The notes beneath the pieces were generated by a model. It did not search any database. It was not told where the DNA came from and saw nothing but the letters and a program-made list of their open reading frames with translations. From NCBI RefSeq assembly GCF_009914755.1, contig NC_060935.1: DNA of 64,000 nucleotides; one strand, 5' to 3'. Shown in pieces: positions 1 through 14,410 of the stretch (position 1 is its first letter; each line of letters starts with the position of its first letter). This DNA comes from the human T2T-CHM13v2.0 reference genome, Homo sapiens. The position numbers and the translations under genes were made by a program.

Positions 1-3000
1 CAGCAGAGACCCCAGTGGGAAGAGGGGACCCCCCCCCGCCAAGCAGGTGCTGCTGATGGAGTCACGGGCATCACTGTCAGGTGGTCAGGAGCACTGAGAA
101 GCCCTTGTGGGAGTGAGGCTCCTGGAGAGCCCCTTTCTCAGGGACTGGAGAGGCAGGGAGGTGGGGTGAGGTGGGGAAGCGTGGAGAATGCCTGCCTACT
201 CAGGGTGTGCAGGCAGCAGGGGCGGGGCTGCTATTTAGTGATGGGCTTACAAACCTTCTTGTCACCTATTTATGGCCCACATAAAACTCTGATCACTGAG
301 GATTAACTGAAGAGGGTCCTAGCAGGGCCACACGCTGACTTTAAAGAATTGATCACTGGAGTCAGGCAGTCATGTCCAGCCCCTGCCCTCAAGCCCCTCA
401 CATGCTGCCGAATGAGTAGGGGTAGGGGGAGATGTCTGCTCTCACTTGGCACAAGGGAAGGGGGCAGAGAGAAGAACAAAATGTCCTGCGAGTGGGGAGT
501 GCAGGGTTTTTAGGGGTGGAGATGGGTGGGCTAAGGTCCAGTGGGCTGGGAATGCCCCCTCCACATTCTGGGTGGAAAAGCGGCACAGGAGGGAGGCCAG
601 GGGACAGCACGTCCTTGCCCCCAGCCAAGTCACAGTCACAGCTGCCTGGTTCACAGTCCAGTGGGCATGCGTTGCCTCGCGGGGTGGGTCCTGTTCACCC
701 AGGAATGCTGCGCACCTTCACTGGGGTGGAAGGAGGGAGGGCTCTCCAGCTCTCCTTGCTGTCTCTCCTCCCTCACACGTTTCCGCAGAGAGGACTGTCC
801 TCTAGGGCATTGTAACTTGGGCCACCTTGGGAGCTGAGGCTGGTGAGGAGCAGAGGATGAGGAACTGGTGAGATCTCCCCAACAGCAGAGCCAAGCCCAG
901 GCAGCTACCCGCTTCCCCCACCCACCCCAGCCCACACAGCAAGGAGGGAAAGTAGGCGGTGGGGTTAGGAGAGGACCCAGCGGAAAAGGCAGGGAACCCC
1001 GCTGTCCTCCCATTACTGAAATCCTCCTTGAGCCTTACATACCCCATTACGACGCTGTATCCTATAATTAAATTGAATCTGCCAGTTACCTCTCAGCACG
1101 GCAGCAATTCAAACTCATTGGAGGCTTTGTTTATTTTCATTTATTTATTTATTTAGTAATTATTTATCTAGCTATCCAGAGAGCTAGATGGAGGCCCTAG
1201 CCCAATGTTTCTTTTGTCTTCAAAAACAAGAAAGCTCAAATGCAGTCTCTCCCACTTCAGGTCAAGAGAGGAAAGGAATAACAGAGACCACAGGGTGGCA
1301 GCAGATCCGCGGGGGGACCTCTTGCTGGGGGGATATCGCTGGGACAGGGTTAAGGTCAAGATTGCAGGGGAAGTTTTGTCTGCCTGCCAGTCATGGCCTG
1401 GACCCTGCTCCTGATTCTACCCATTCTATTCTTGTCAGAGATACTTTATGGAAAGTCCACACATTCCAGAAAGCTCCATGGAAGCCCCTTACAGGCCCCA
1501 GGCAAGGGGCTTCATTCTGAGGGACTAGAACATCGGTTGCGGAATGTGGAAACCAGGTTAACTGAGTATTATTGGCAACTAACACACCTGCAGAGCTTTG
1601 CAGTTGAAGAAGTAAATACATGTTCTTCTTTAACCCTAAACATTTATGGAGGACACTGAGGATGAGAGAGGTTCCACAACCTCCCTTGCTCAAAATCACC
1701 CTGCTGCTAATGGCAGGGCTAGGATTTGACCACAACGCTTGGGGTAAAACCAAACTCCCCCACCTCCTTCAGAGCCCCATATCCAAGCTGGTGGCCCAGC
1801 AACAAAAATCAAAGCTCTTTTCTTCTCTTTAATGATAACCTTTCAGCAGTGAGTGGGCAAAGGAGAGCATGATGGCTTTGAGTATGGAATCAACCTCAAA
1901 CAGGTCCAGGGGAGCGATTCTGAGCCACCAGCCATCACTCAATAAGAACATGAAAGTTTATTTACCACGAGGCCAGCCCAGTGGGAGGCAGATTGCTACT
2001 ATTAGCATGCCAAGGACTGCACAGACCCTGCACGTCAATAGCTGAGCCCCAGAGAAGTGACCCCTTTTGGGGTTATCCAATCTAGCAGCCCCACCAGAGC
2101 AAAGGACGAGGGTGGCTGGGATAGTGTGTGCTTACATGTGTGCACGCATTTGGAGAAAGGGAAGGAATTCCAGACTTGAGATGGCTCCTTAGACTTAAAT
2201 CTCCCTTGAAGAGAAAATGCTGCTTATGAACCACTTCCACCCTTGCCTACCTACTCCTGCCAACCCATTCATTTGTTTATTCATGAGCTGCTTAATACTT
2301 CTTGGAATAGGAATGAATAGTACGAGAAAATACCTGGGTCCACACTGGCAATTCCTGGGTCTATTCTGGAACAATCATGCTTACAAGGTTTTCGGTGCAC
2401 ATGGGAGGTGGGGATCAGTGTGTCTCTGGGACCTATTTACCCCTATGAACCACTGGGGTTCTTGACTCAGGCTCTGTCAGTCCACAGAGGGTGGTTATGG
2501 CAATGTGGAGGAGGCCGGTGGCCCAGGGCCTGAACTGCAGGAGAATTTATACTTCTTGTTCATCTGGAGAAAGTTCTCTGGCCAGAGGACACAGTGAGGG
2601 AGCCTGGTTTAAAAAAAAGAGGCTTAAGCTAAGAAGCCCGGGGAGTAGGAAGTTCTATGCTACCCTGGCTTGAAGCTTTGGACAGTCGGGGCAGGTTCTC
2701 TCTTGGCTCCTGAGGCCAAGAGAAGCCAGCCTAGGAAGGTTGGACCATTGATCCCACAGCCCTGGGGCCTTCTCACAGTAGTGTGGGTGTCACAACCACC
2801 TCTTAGCTCTTGATCAGAGATATCCACCTTCAGTCTCCTCAATGTGTACAATGGAGAGGTCTTGGGCTGCAATAAGGACTGGAGATAATGTATGTACAAT
2901 ACTGGGAGGGAAGGGTAAAGAGAGTTGTGTTCCTAAACCCTGTCTAAATGTATGGAACCAAGGCCGGACACATTGTAAGCCCCTATAAATGGTACTTACT

Positions 3001-3439
3001 TATAAATATAATATAGTATTAGAAAGTACAGGGGTATGCTAAAAGTCAGGAAAATAATAAGATACTCTAAGATTAGCCTGAGGAATCCAGTTCTGTAGCT
3101 TGAATAGAGACTGCTATGTTGTTGGAGTTAATACCCACAGCAGCTCAAGGAACAGCTTTGTTCAGCTCTCAGAGGAAGGGGCTGCCTGGTGGCTGTCCTG
3201 GGGCCGCTGTTCCTTCTATCAGGGATTCTCACACCCCTCTCAAGCATCACATTTCATTCATAGTTCAAGAGCCCCCAAGAATCTCCTCTGTGTGTGGCCT
3301 TCTCCACCCCTACCCTTGCAGATGGGCATCCCCTCCTCTGGACACCACCCCCCGCCAACTGCCTTATTCATACCTCTTCATTCATTCATACCTTTGCTAT
3401 GAGACTCCCTTATAGATGCGACCACGGTTTTGAATTTTT

Positions 3440-3548
3440 GCTCCAACCCTCCCAGACTGTGAGGTGGGAACCATCTCTATTAATCTCTAGAACCTGGCTC
3501 AGAGCCAGGCACATAGTAGGCACTCAGTGCACATGTGTATGTGACGAG
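3440..3548 (+). mobile_element. LINE-2 3' end fragment
   Basis: Resembles L2 terminal consensus (cagactgtgag...agccaggcacatagtaggcactcagt). Confidence 0.6.
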
Positions 3549-3804
3549 TAACTCCACAGACAGGGATGATCTACTCTAATGTTCAACAGATTAATATTTG
3601 ATTTAGCACTGTGTGTCCCTTCAAAATTCTGGGGGCCAAGATGAGGGCTGAGGTCTGAGATCTCTGCTGGTTTGAGAATGGGACTTCCTCCTACCTTCAT
3701 TTGTCCTTCCTTTTACAGAACTATAAGTCAGCCTCAGGTATGGGTCAGCTTTATGTAGTTAACCTTCCAGTCATTCAGGTTTTTATCTTTGAGTTTATTC
3801 TAAT

Positions 3805-3935
3805 TTCATTCATTCATTCTCATTCATTCATTCATTCATTCAAGGAGAGCTCACTCTGTGTCAGTTCTGGCTGTTATGGATATTGTGATGAACAAGACAG
3901 AGAAGAATTTTTGCCTTCCCGAGCTTCCATTTTAG
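3805..3935 (-). mobile_element. LINE-2 3' end with (CATT)n tail
   Basis: (TTCA)n run followed by antisense L2 3' sequence (gtgatgaacaagacag...gagctt). Confidence 0.6.
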
Positions 3936-4309
3936 ACAGCTTCTATGTAGTTCCTTTCCCTTACACGTAATTTAGAGGTAGGAAGTTTCATGTGGGTTTG
4001 GGCAAATTATTAAACATCCCTGGACCTCAGCATCTCCATCTTCAAAATGCTGTCACCAAACCCTCTCTCAGGCTGGCAGTGTGCCACCCACCACAGCTTG
4101 GCCTTGCATGGCTGGTGCTTGGTACCACCAGTTGGTTTGAATGTGGGTGCACGTGCATGTATGAGTTCATTAATTTGCTTCCTTTCTTCTCAGGCACTTA
4201 GATTTTTGATGCACACTGAGAGGGTCCTTTTTAATCAGCTGAGGAGCAAGGGATTCCTGAGCCACAAATGAGGCTCTCCCTACTGGAATGCAGAAGGAAG
4301 GACAAGAGA

Positions 4310-4470
4310 TGAGCCTTTACTGAGATGCTGCTATCTGCTGGGCACTTTACACACACACAGTTATGCCATTTAGTCCACACTGTAACTGGGGAGGGAGTTG
4401 TTGCTTCCTGTGCTTCTCATATGAGAAAACTGAGGCTGAGAGAGGCTCAAGGGCTCCCATAACTGAAGAC
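4310..4470 (-). mobile_element. MIR SINE
   Basis: Antisense MIR core atgagaaaactgaggctgagagagg. Confidence 0.65.
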
Positions 4471-4906
4471 CCGTGCCTTCGCTGCTGCCACTCAACCTCT
4501 GGGTGGGGGATGGGGTGCTCAGTCCACGTGGAAGGAAGAGAGAAATAGAATGTCACAGAGCTCTCTTTCAATAAAGGGCTCAGCAAAATGTTTGTCTTAG
4601 CCGCGTTTCCTATCGACCCGGTGTGTGGCACATGGATTAAGTATGCAGTTTGGTGGTCTTTAAAGGATGAACATTTTCTCTAGGATCAATAAGCTGAGTG
4701 AGTTTGGGTCTGAATTCATCAAAATGTCACCTGAAACAAATTCAGTATCAGGACTTCTGCGCTCAGGTCAGGTCGATGGGTGGGGGCAGAGACAAAACCC
4801 AGGGAATACCAGGTCTCTGGGAAAAAGGTCCAGGGCATCTGTTGGACAAATTTGGGTCTGATAACTCAGAGTGGGGAGGGGGTCCTAGCTGGCAACCAGC
4901 ATCCTA

Positions 4907-5233
<327 letters not shown>

Positions 5234-5439
5234 GACACTAACCGTCCTTTCTCTGGTCTAGACGTCATCCTTACCTTCAGAGAGAATAGCTGAGTGAGAA
5301 GCTGTGTGAAACTGCCCAGTTCTAGATTCTTCGAACAAAAAGTGTCTTTGAGGTTAATCAGTGCCATTCTCACACCCAGTGCTAAAGGATTCCCCCTTTA
5401 GCACCTTGGAGAAGTAGTCACACTGGTTTCCCTTGGATC

Positions 5440-5640
5440 GTTCTAAAGACAGGGAGCTCATTACTTTGGAAGCTGTGGTTTTCATTTTTGGAGAGTTTAA
5501 ATAATTTTAGAGTTCTTCTATGTTGAGCTTAAATATTCCCTACAGCCTTGCAACTTTGCCTCATTAGTCCCAAATTTGCACTGTGAGGCAACACAGAATG
5601 AGACTAATCCCTCTTCCACCCAACTACTGAGAAGTTTAAC
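5440..5640 (-). mobile_element. L3/CR1 LINE fragment
   Basis: Resembles antisense L3 consensus (agttcttctatgttgagc...acacagaatgagactaatccctcttccac). Confidence 0.65.
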
Positions 5641-6334
5641 AGACAATCTTTTCTTTTCCAAAATAAACAACCCTTAGGATGTTTCGGTCCTGGGATGCTT
5701 GCAGCCCAGGAAATGCTCCCTCCCTCTCCCCTCCAGCTTCTCTGCAAATGCAAGACTCTGGCTTCATTCCCTGGTCCTTCCTCAGTATCTCACAAAGAAA
5801 GAGGAGGGCAAAATGGGAATTCATTGGAAGAGATCCTTGGTTCACACGCTAGGAAAGAAAAGGGATGATCTTGGTCTTGGCGTGAACTTCCACATGAACG
5901 TGACTCCGTGCCTACCTGCTAATAAGAGCGGGAGTGTGGATTGTGCACATAGGTGGGGACGGGGTGAGAACTTGGGGTGTGGCGTGTCCCTGTGGGTGGA
6001 CACATTGTGAACAGTAAGTATCATGAATGTGTGACAGCATGTGGGGCACGTGGGTGAGCGTGTATGCATGTACACAGGCTGTCTGCTCAGGTCCTGGGGG
6101 AGGGACTCAGAATCCGCCTCACACCCATGGAGAGTTCTCGCAATGGGTATGGCAAACTTCCTGACCAACAGGCTTCTGGACTTCTGACTCAGCACCAGTC
6201 CTGCTCCTTCTGTCTCAATGACTGTCCCCTGTCCCTGGAGATGTAAAAGTTCCAGGCTCTCCTACCACACCTAGGCTGGACTTACTGATTCCAAGGTGAA
6301 AATAAGCCATCACGTATTGACCATCTGTCAGCAA

Positions 6335-6515
6335 GTATCTACCCTGCAAAATACTTTTCACACACTCTCTCACTTATCCTCACCATGCCTAGAGATGGGA
6401 CTTTGTCTCCATGTGACTTATGAAGACACTGAGGACCAGCAAGGCGAGACAACTGTTTGAGGCCACACAGCAACAGAACCAGACCTGGATCAAACCCAAA
6501 GCCTGTGCTCTGTCC
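6335..6515 (-). mobile_element. MIR SINE
   Basis: Degenerate antisense MIR (gacactgaggacc...ggccacacagc...ggatcaaaccca). Confidence 0.55.
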
Positions 6516-7287
6516 GTGTGCTGCCTCCGAGAAGCCATGGCCAAGAAAGGTCTTTGCACCAGAGCTCACCAATGTCTCGGAGAGGTCCTCCCTTCCTGCC
6601 AGCCATTGATGATCCTGGAGGATGAACGGGTCGTCTAAAACAGATGATGCTGGTGCGGGCCCCAGGGAGTTCCACCAAGAGCCTTAGGATTTATCATGTG
6701 GGAGGGTAGTTAGTTCCCAAACGCAGGTGAGTATAAAATCCAATTTCTTAAATTGCATCCAGGGCCAAGGGGTGCAAGCTGCTCTGTCAGTTATGACTTC
6801 CTCGGGTACCTGAGACTGTAGCTCCTCATTTCCTAAATCCTCCTGCTTGTTGTCTGAGCTTTTAGCCCTCTGATTTACTTATTAGATTTCTACTGTGCCT
6901 TTTCTCTGCAGAGTGCTCAGTGTCCCCAGGAACCACTCTCTAATTTAACGAATAACTTCTCTCATGAGCAAATGGGGTCCGGGTTCATGCAAGAAGCCAG
7001 TGGAAGAGGAGAACTGGGGAGACAGAGAGTGAGAAAAGGGGCAGAAAAAACAGGGCAGGGTACAAAGGAGGCAAATGCACCTGTGGCCCTAGAGTGGGGA
7101 GCATTGCGGTTGGATGGCATTTGTATCTAGAGTTGCACCTGGATCTGGACAATGCTTCCAGGTTACCACTGCTGGTAAGCAATGTGCCCAACCACCCTCT
7201 CTGCTCTCATGACCCCCTGCCTCTCTCCACCTCTGTGTGATGTTTTTCTGTTCGCCTGTCTGTCTCCTTGAATTGTGAGGTCCTTAA

Positions 7288-7598
<311 letters not shown>

Positions 7599-7699
7599 CC
7601 CAGTCATCTTTTAACACCTGGCACTTGTCACTGTGTCTGGTCCACAGTAGGAATTTAACACATACTTGCTGGAGAGGCCAGTTACGGGGCACAGCTGAA

Positions 7700-7990
7700 A
7701 GCATAAAGATGCACTGTATAACATTTCAGCCCCCAGAGGACCCACAGTTGGGGAGACAAAGGATAGCCAAAGACACCATGGCTGGGCTGGCCAGGGAGGT
7801 CTTCGTGGAGGAGGCTGGACTATACTGGGCCACCTAGAATGCTGGGGACTGGTGAACCGGACAGCAGGAGGACATTCTAGGAGGAGGAATGGCTTGAGCC
7901 AAGGGTTCAGGTTGCGATGGGCAAGGGGGTCCCTGAGTGGAAGGCAGGACCTGTGCAGGGAAGTCTAGAAAGGTCAGTGGAGGCATACCG
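7700..7990 (-). mobile_element. LINE-2 fragment
   Basis: Purine-rich antisense L2-like text (cagggaggtcttcgtggaggagg; gacattctaggaggaggaatggcttgagccaagg). Confidence 0.5.
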
Positions 7991-8604
7991 TGGAGGGCTT
8001 TGAGCACAGAGGGTGGAGCCTGGAATTTCTTCTCCTGTGATGGAGCCTCTAGTTTGCCCTGGCCCAGCCCCATGTGCTGTCTGGCACATTTGTGCACTGC
8101 CCTCCTGCAGGAGGGGGCCTGGCACAGTTTCTGTGCACCCTGGACAAGCAGGGCCACGTGTGGGCCAGGACTTCTCTGCCCTGTCTTCTCCTCTGATTCA
8201 GGAAGGAAGAACTTGCCCTGGACTCTGTCTGTCTAAAATAACCTCCCCTCCCCATCCCCACATGGCCCTACCTGTTCCCGGAATTTCCTGTTTTTTTTTT
8301 TTTTTTTCTTCCTTGACTTTACAGTCTCCGGGTTGCACTTGAATCTCAATGGCATCATCCCCTTTCAGTCTTTGCATGTGCTTCATAAAGAAATGACTCT
8401 TTTGTGCAGATCCACTGCCTATGGTGAAGTAGGTGCTCATGTAAATGCCAGGTCCTAGCTCTGGAAAGGGTTAGACAGCCCTTCTCAAACCATGCCTGCA
8501 ATGCCAGTTTAAAGAACATGGAGGCAGGACAGCAGCCATGGGAATGAAGGGTGGCAGATAAAATCAGCGCCCCAGAAGCTCTGGGGCCTCCTCTCATTGA
8601 TTAA

Positions 8605-8956
<352 letters not shown>

Positions 8957-8984
8957 TATATTCAATTTTAAAACTTTCATTTAT

Positions 8985-9212
8985 TTTTAAAATTGAAACT
9001 AAAAGTTGTAGATCTATTTATGGTATACAAGACATTTTGATAAAAGCATACATTGTGGAATGAATACATCAATGAATTAACATATCCATTACCTCACATA
9101 TGTATCATTTTTTTTTGTGCATGGTGAGAACATTTAAAACCTATTCTCTGAGCAATTTCCAATTATAGGATACACTGTTATTAACTGTAATCACCATGTC
9201 CTGTAATAGACA
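8985..9212 (-). mobile_element. L1MA-type 3' end
   Basis: attaacatatccattacctcacata...ggtgagaacatttaaaa...ttattaactgtaatcaccatg resembles antisense L1MA 3' UTR. Confidence 0.8.
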
Positions 9213-9409
9213 GGAGTCTCCTCTTGAACCAGGGTTATGTCTCAGAACCAGAGTAGGAGGAGAAGCACCTCACACACGAGAGGCTCTGCTGTCCTGACGT
9301 GGCACGGAAGGGAATGGAAGGGACAAGGGGAAGGTGCTGGAAAGGGGCCAGCTATGAACTGAGCACAGGTAACAGACCACACCTGACCTCCTGGATCCCT
9401 AGTTACAGA

Positions 9410-9530
9410 AGGGCATGTATTCATTGTTCCATTCCACAGATGGGAAAACAGAGACTCCTGGGGCTTAAGCAGCCTGCCCAGGGTCACACGGCTATGTGAC
9501 AGAAGGGCTGGAACCTAGATCCTCCCACCC
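9410..9530 (-). mobile_element. MIR SINE
   Basis: cagatgggaaaacagagact...gcccagggtcacac. Confidence 0.65.
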
Positions 9531-10184
9531 CAAAGCCAGGCTCCTCCCTGTGATCTGGCCCTGGTTTTGCCTGTGTGATTCCTCTGGCCTTACTGGGTGA
9601 TACTGAGCCAATCGTGGAGCCTCTCTGGGCTTTTGTCTTCTCATCTCTCAAGCGAGGGGCATACTCTCAACTGAGCATTCTTTGCATGGCCTGTCCTCTC
9701 AGTCAGGCCAGACCAGGACCAGCTCCTGCCATTGTGCATTGCAAGGATGCACTGCTTGCTAGTGGGCCTGAGATTCACCAGTGGCAACACAGAGGTGCCT
9801 TCACCAGCCTTGCTAAGCTCTGGTTTGTGTTTCTGCCTCTGGTGTTTGGTATCAGAACGCATTCCCCTGATGCTGCCGGAAGCAATAATCCAGACACGGT
9901 TCGGGGGTTTAGTGGAAATCCTCTGCTATAGCGGAAGAAAATGAAACCCAGTGAAGCAAGGATTTCGGCAGATGCAAAAATCTGCCCATTTACCTCCCCA
10001 GTCTGAATTCCACGGCAGGGACAGCTGAGAAGCAGGCGGATGGATGACCTTAGCTGCAGGTCAGGTGGGGAAGGGGTGAGAACTGAGTTCAGAAGACTGG
10101 GGCTTCTGCAGGTCTAAAGCCCCATGAGGATGGGAGGGGAAGGTCACCGAGTATTTGCAAACATGTTGTAAGATCAGGATTGAC

Positions 10185-10432
10185 CTTAATTGAGTGCTGA
10201 CTGTTAAAGGCCAGTGCTTCGTGCAGCAACATATTTTCCTTTTAAGCCCTTGCAACACTGACGTATTGAAGAAGTACTAAAGAAGTATTATCCTTAATTA
10301 TCTGATGCACTGAAGAAGTATTATCCTTAATTATCTGAGGTACTGAAGAAGTATTATCCTTAATATTGGTATGAGGGCTTAGATAGCCTAAGTGACTTGC
10401 CCAAAGCTACACAGTCAGTAAATGGCAGAGCA
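10185..10432 (-). mobile_element. MIR SINE containing a 33-bp tandem repeat
   Basis: aagtgacttgcccaaagctacacagtcagtaaatggcagagc. Confidence 0.65.
10276..10365. repeat. 33-bp tandem repeat, ~2.7 copies
   Basis: actgaagaagtattatccttaattatctga.. units start at 10276, 10309 and 10342. Confidence 0.9.
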
Positions 10433-11009
10433 CAGCAGAAATGCTCACTGCTAACAGATGGACACTGCTATCTGTTCTTGATACTCAGACCCTCCCATCT
10501 CTCCCATCCACACCAGTTACCCACCATCATGGAAACATGTGGTTCCGGATGTGGACAGCTGGCTCCCCGGGCCCCATACCTCCTGTGTGCTCCTGGAGCC
10601 TTCTCCATCTGACACACCATGTCAGATGTGGTCCTGGACCTTCCTGCTATCCTCAGCTCACTGTGGACTGTTTCTGAGCCAAGGGTATTGTGTGGTTACC
10701 AGGGAAAATATGCCCCCGCTCTAGGCCTGCCAGCAGCTCTAGGGCAATAAGCCATCTTTCTAAAATGAGATTTCCTATTTCAGGGACTCTGAAATCTCCA
10801 GTTCTGCCAAACAGCAGGTCTTCTCCTCAGCTTAGGATAGCTGGGATCATGGCTGAGGTTGAGCTGGTCACAGACCATCCCCCACTGAACCAATGATAAC
10901 ACCCTGCCAAGGGCCTCAGCACGAGCACCAGGAGCTTCTCTGTTCACATATTTACATATCAAGATAGAAAATGAATATACGAAGGAGTCTAGCATGAGGA
11001 GGACGGGAT

Positions 11010-11235
11010 GCGCTGTGGAGTTAGACACACTTAGGTTCAAATCCCAGCGTTGTCACTTATTAATTGTGGGACCCCGGGCAAGACATTTAACTCCTCTGTG
11101 AGCCTGCTTCCTTCTTTGTAAAATGCAAAGAATGATCCCATCTACCTCGAGGAGCTGCTATGGGGATAAAGGAGAGCAAGCCCTCAGTACGGTGCCTGGC
11201 ACGCAGCGAGGACTCCCTAAATGGAGGCTCCTGCT
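11010..11235 (+). mobile_element. MIR SINE, near full length
   Basis: ggttcaaatcccagc...gggcaagacatttaac...tgtaaaatg...gtgcctggcac. Confidence 0.75.
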
Positions 11236-12349
11236 GTCACGACCCTCGCCCGGGGAAATGCCTGTCTTCTCCATTTAGAAAGTGACAGCTGACGGCAGGC
11301 CCGAGGCAGCCAGGTAGGGAGGCTGCCTGTGTGCAACCCGCTGTGGAGGCTGCTGGTGGCTGCAGGCTTTCAGAAGGCATTACAGGCCATTGTTTTAATC
11401 AATACTATATTATTTCCTCCGCGGCAACTATCCCCATGTTTATTATGTGTAAATAGGGTTTTTCAATGATGTGAATGTGTTAGCTTAACGTAGCTGACAT
11501 TCAGCGTGCACAATCTGGTGGCTGCCCCTCAGGACTTCCAGGAAAATGAGATGATGTATCCGTCACAAAGCCATCCTCGTGAGTAAAATTTGAGCAGTGG
11601 CAGCAGCCAGGGCACCCGATGAATTCTGCAGGCGTGGGCTGCGTGCTTGAGAAGGAAAACAGACATCAACATAGCCTGGGAGCACAGTCTGCAGGCAGTG
11701 TGGACAGTTGGTGCCCCGGAATTAGGGCGTTGGCGTTCCCATCTCTTTGCTGCCATATCTAGATCCTATACAGCTTATTCCAACACCTCTCCATTGCCTG
11801 GCGAGCGCCTGTGGATGCACTCTTCTGCCTACTCCTGGAACTTGTCAAGGTTTGCCCTCTCTGACTGTAGCTCCTCACTCTCCTGGACTCTAGGATGGGC
11901 CCCTTTCTTCCCCATACAAAGCCCCCAGTAGTCTGAAAACTCATTTTTGTCTATGCTCCTCAGTTCAGCCCAGGCATGTGGGTATGACCGAGCCTGGCTG
12001 CAAAGGCAGGCAGAGGGGAGCAAAGGTGGTCTTTCTCAATGTCCCATGTGGGCTTAACTTTCCTCCTCCTGTACCAGGGCACTCAGAGTAACACCACCAA
12101 TGACACTACCAGCTTCTCTCTGGTGTCTAACTGGACTGAAGGTGAAGCAGGTGGGGTGTCGTTTAGATCTGGGGCAGAGCTTCCCCACTGTGACACCCTT
12201 GAAGTTGCAGGCCAGATGCCACTACCACACATGGGTCACTGTCAACAGGCCACAACCCCAATGATGGGCACTTAACTCAATAATACCAGATATCAGACAA
12301 CTGTGGCTTCATCTGTAGAGCTCTCTGGAGTGCATCATAAAGGAAGTAA

Positions 12350-12672
<323 letters not shown>

Positions 12673-12701
<29 letters not shown>

Positions 12702-12987
12702 GAGATAGAGTCTCTGTTAGCCAGGCTGGGGTGCAATGGTGCAATGGCGAGATCTCGGCTCACTGCAACCTCTGCCTCCCTGATTCAAGTGATTCTTTTG
12801 CCACAGCCTCCCCAGTAGCTGGGATTACTGGCACTCACCACCACGCCCGGCTACATTTTGTATTTTCAGTAGAGATGGGTTTTCAACCTGCGGGCCAGGC
12901 TGCTCTCGAATTCCTGACCTCGTGTGATCCGCCCGCCTCAGCCTCCCAAAGTGTTGGAATCACAGGCATGAGCCACCGCGCCCGGCC
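12673..12987 (-). mobile_element. AluS, older host of the adjacent AluY
   Basis: Full antisense Alu; TSD aggaagtaacctt (12341) / aggaattaacctt (12988) flanks both Alus. Confidence 0.93.
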
Positions 12988-13944
12988 AGGAATTAACCTT
13001 CACCAGGATAGTTTGTGGAATTTTATCAAGAGGCTTCGCTCCCATCTCCTGCTTTCTTAACAGAGTTTGGAAGCAGCGGACCGGATAGGAAAACTGCTTA
13101 GGGTTCCACCCTCATGCCAAGTGGCAGAGGCCCCGGGGGAAGCCTCCTGCGGAACGTGGGAACAAAGGGATGCGGGGCCTAGCACTCTACGCCGGTGTCT
13201 GTTCGTCTGTCCAGAAGGCTTGTCACACTCTGGGGGGGCATCTAGCTAAAAGGTACTCCATCAATGTAAACGACCGTCGCTCTCGTTAAGTTCCATCTGT
13301 GTGTCTTAAAGCTCCCGCACGGAACGTGATTGGAGTTGGGCTTCAGCTTCCCTGTGCTGCCTGAGACAGAGGAGGGAGATGTTTTTCTTGGCAAATAAAT
13401 ATGATATCATAAGCCCTGGCAGGATTCCAGCCTGAGTAATGGCCGTCTGCCTTCCTAATTCCCTCAGCAGCTTGGAACAGGAACATTACTCTTTACTTCC
13501 TCTCTTTAAAAACAAACTCTCTATTGGAGCGCATTACTCAGCCACAGGATCCCTCCCCGGACGTGGCGGCATTCAGATGATGGGAGGTGAGGAATGAGCT
13601 CAGATTACAGCGCACATTAGGGAAAACACAGCAAGGCATTTGGCCCAGAAAAGGCACCTGAGGACCTTGAATTAGAGCGGCCACTCCTCATGTGTCCTTG
13701 TTCATGAGGAACATAGAGCTAAAATCAATAAAAATCACATTGTTTAGCGCTGCCGTTTCCCTGGTTTAAATCATGAAGGAGTAAGTAGGTAATTAGGTAA
13801 TCCAGCTCGGACTGGATAGTTACCTTCAAGTACGAAGCGGTCTTGCTGAGACCCTCTCACTGAACGCGAGCTGGGGGAAGGGTCTCGTGGCCTCTCTACT
13901 CACAGGAGCACTGCTGCCTCTAAGCACATACCCCGCCCTCTTTC

Positions 13945-14125
13945 TGCTTGTCATTAGTTCTTCCTAACAACAGTTAGAGGCATCGGTGTTGTTACTTTCC
14001 ATTTTATAAACCCGAGGCTCAGTGAGACTAATTAGGTAACTCGTTCAGGGCCATAAATTATACATAGCAGAAGTCAGAGTTGAACTCGGGTCTTTTGGCT
14101 TCAGATTCAATGTTTACAACGCCAC
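13945..14125 (-). mobile_element. MIR SINE
   Basis: ccattttata...gaggctcag...gagttgaactcgggtc. Confidence 0.6.
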
Positions 14126-14410
14126 ATCAAGCCTCGTCACTTTCTCTGGCCTGTGAGGACTTGGGTGCTGCCACTTGTCCCTTTTGAAGTAGCGGATACA
14201 AGGTGGCACCGTGAAGGCACTGGGTCAGGAGCTGGGACACAGCTTTGCATCACTTGGGCACTGTTCTGCTGGGGCCTCCTTGGTAACCAACCATCCAGGT
14301 GAGGATAAAAACTGACCCAGCTTGTAGAGAGATCTTGAGGCAGGCATGCAGCAAGGGCCCTAAAATTACTGGGAGAAGGGCAAGTCACTGTTCGAAGGCT
14401 TGGGATGGTG

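Noticed and set aside
5379-5404. Perfect 10-bp hairpin gtgctaaagg-attccc-cctttagcac
   Set aside because: A stem of this length is expected by chance in 64 kb and is too short for a pre-miRNA.
11529-12023. Minus-strand frame with protein-like charged composition (possible pseudo-exon)
   Set aside because: Several in-frame stops and no family I can recognise; a tblastx search would settle it.
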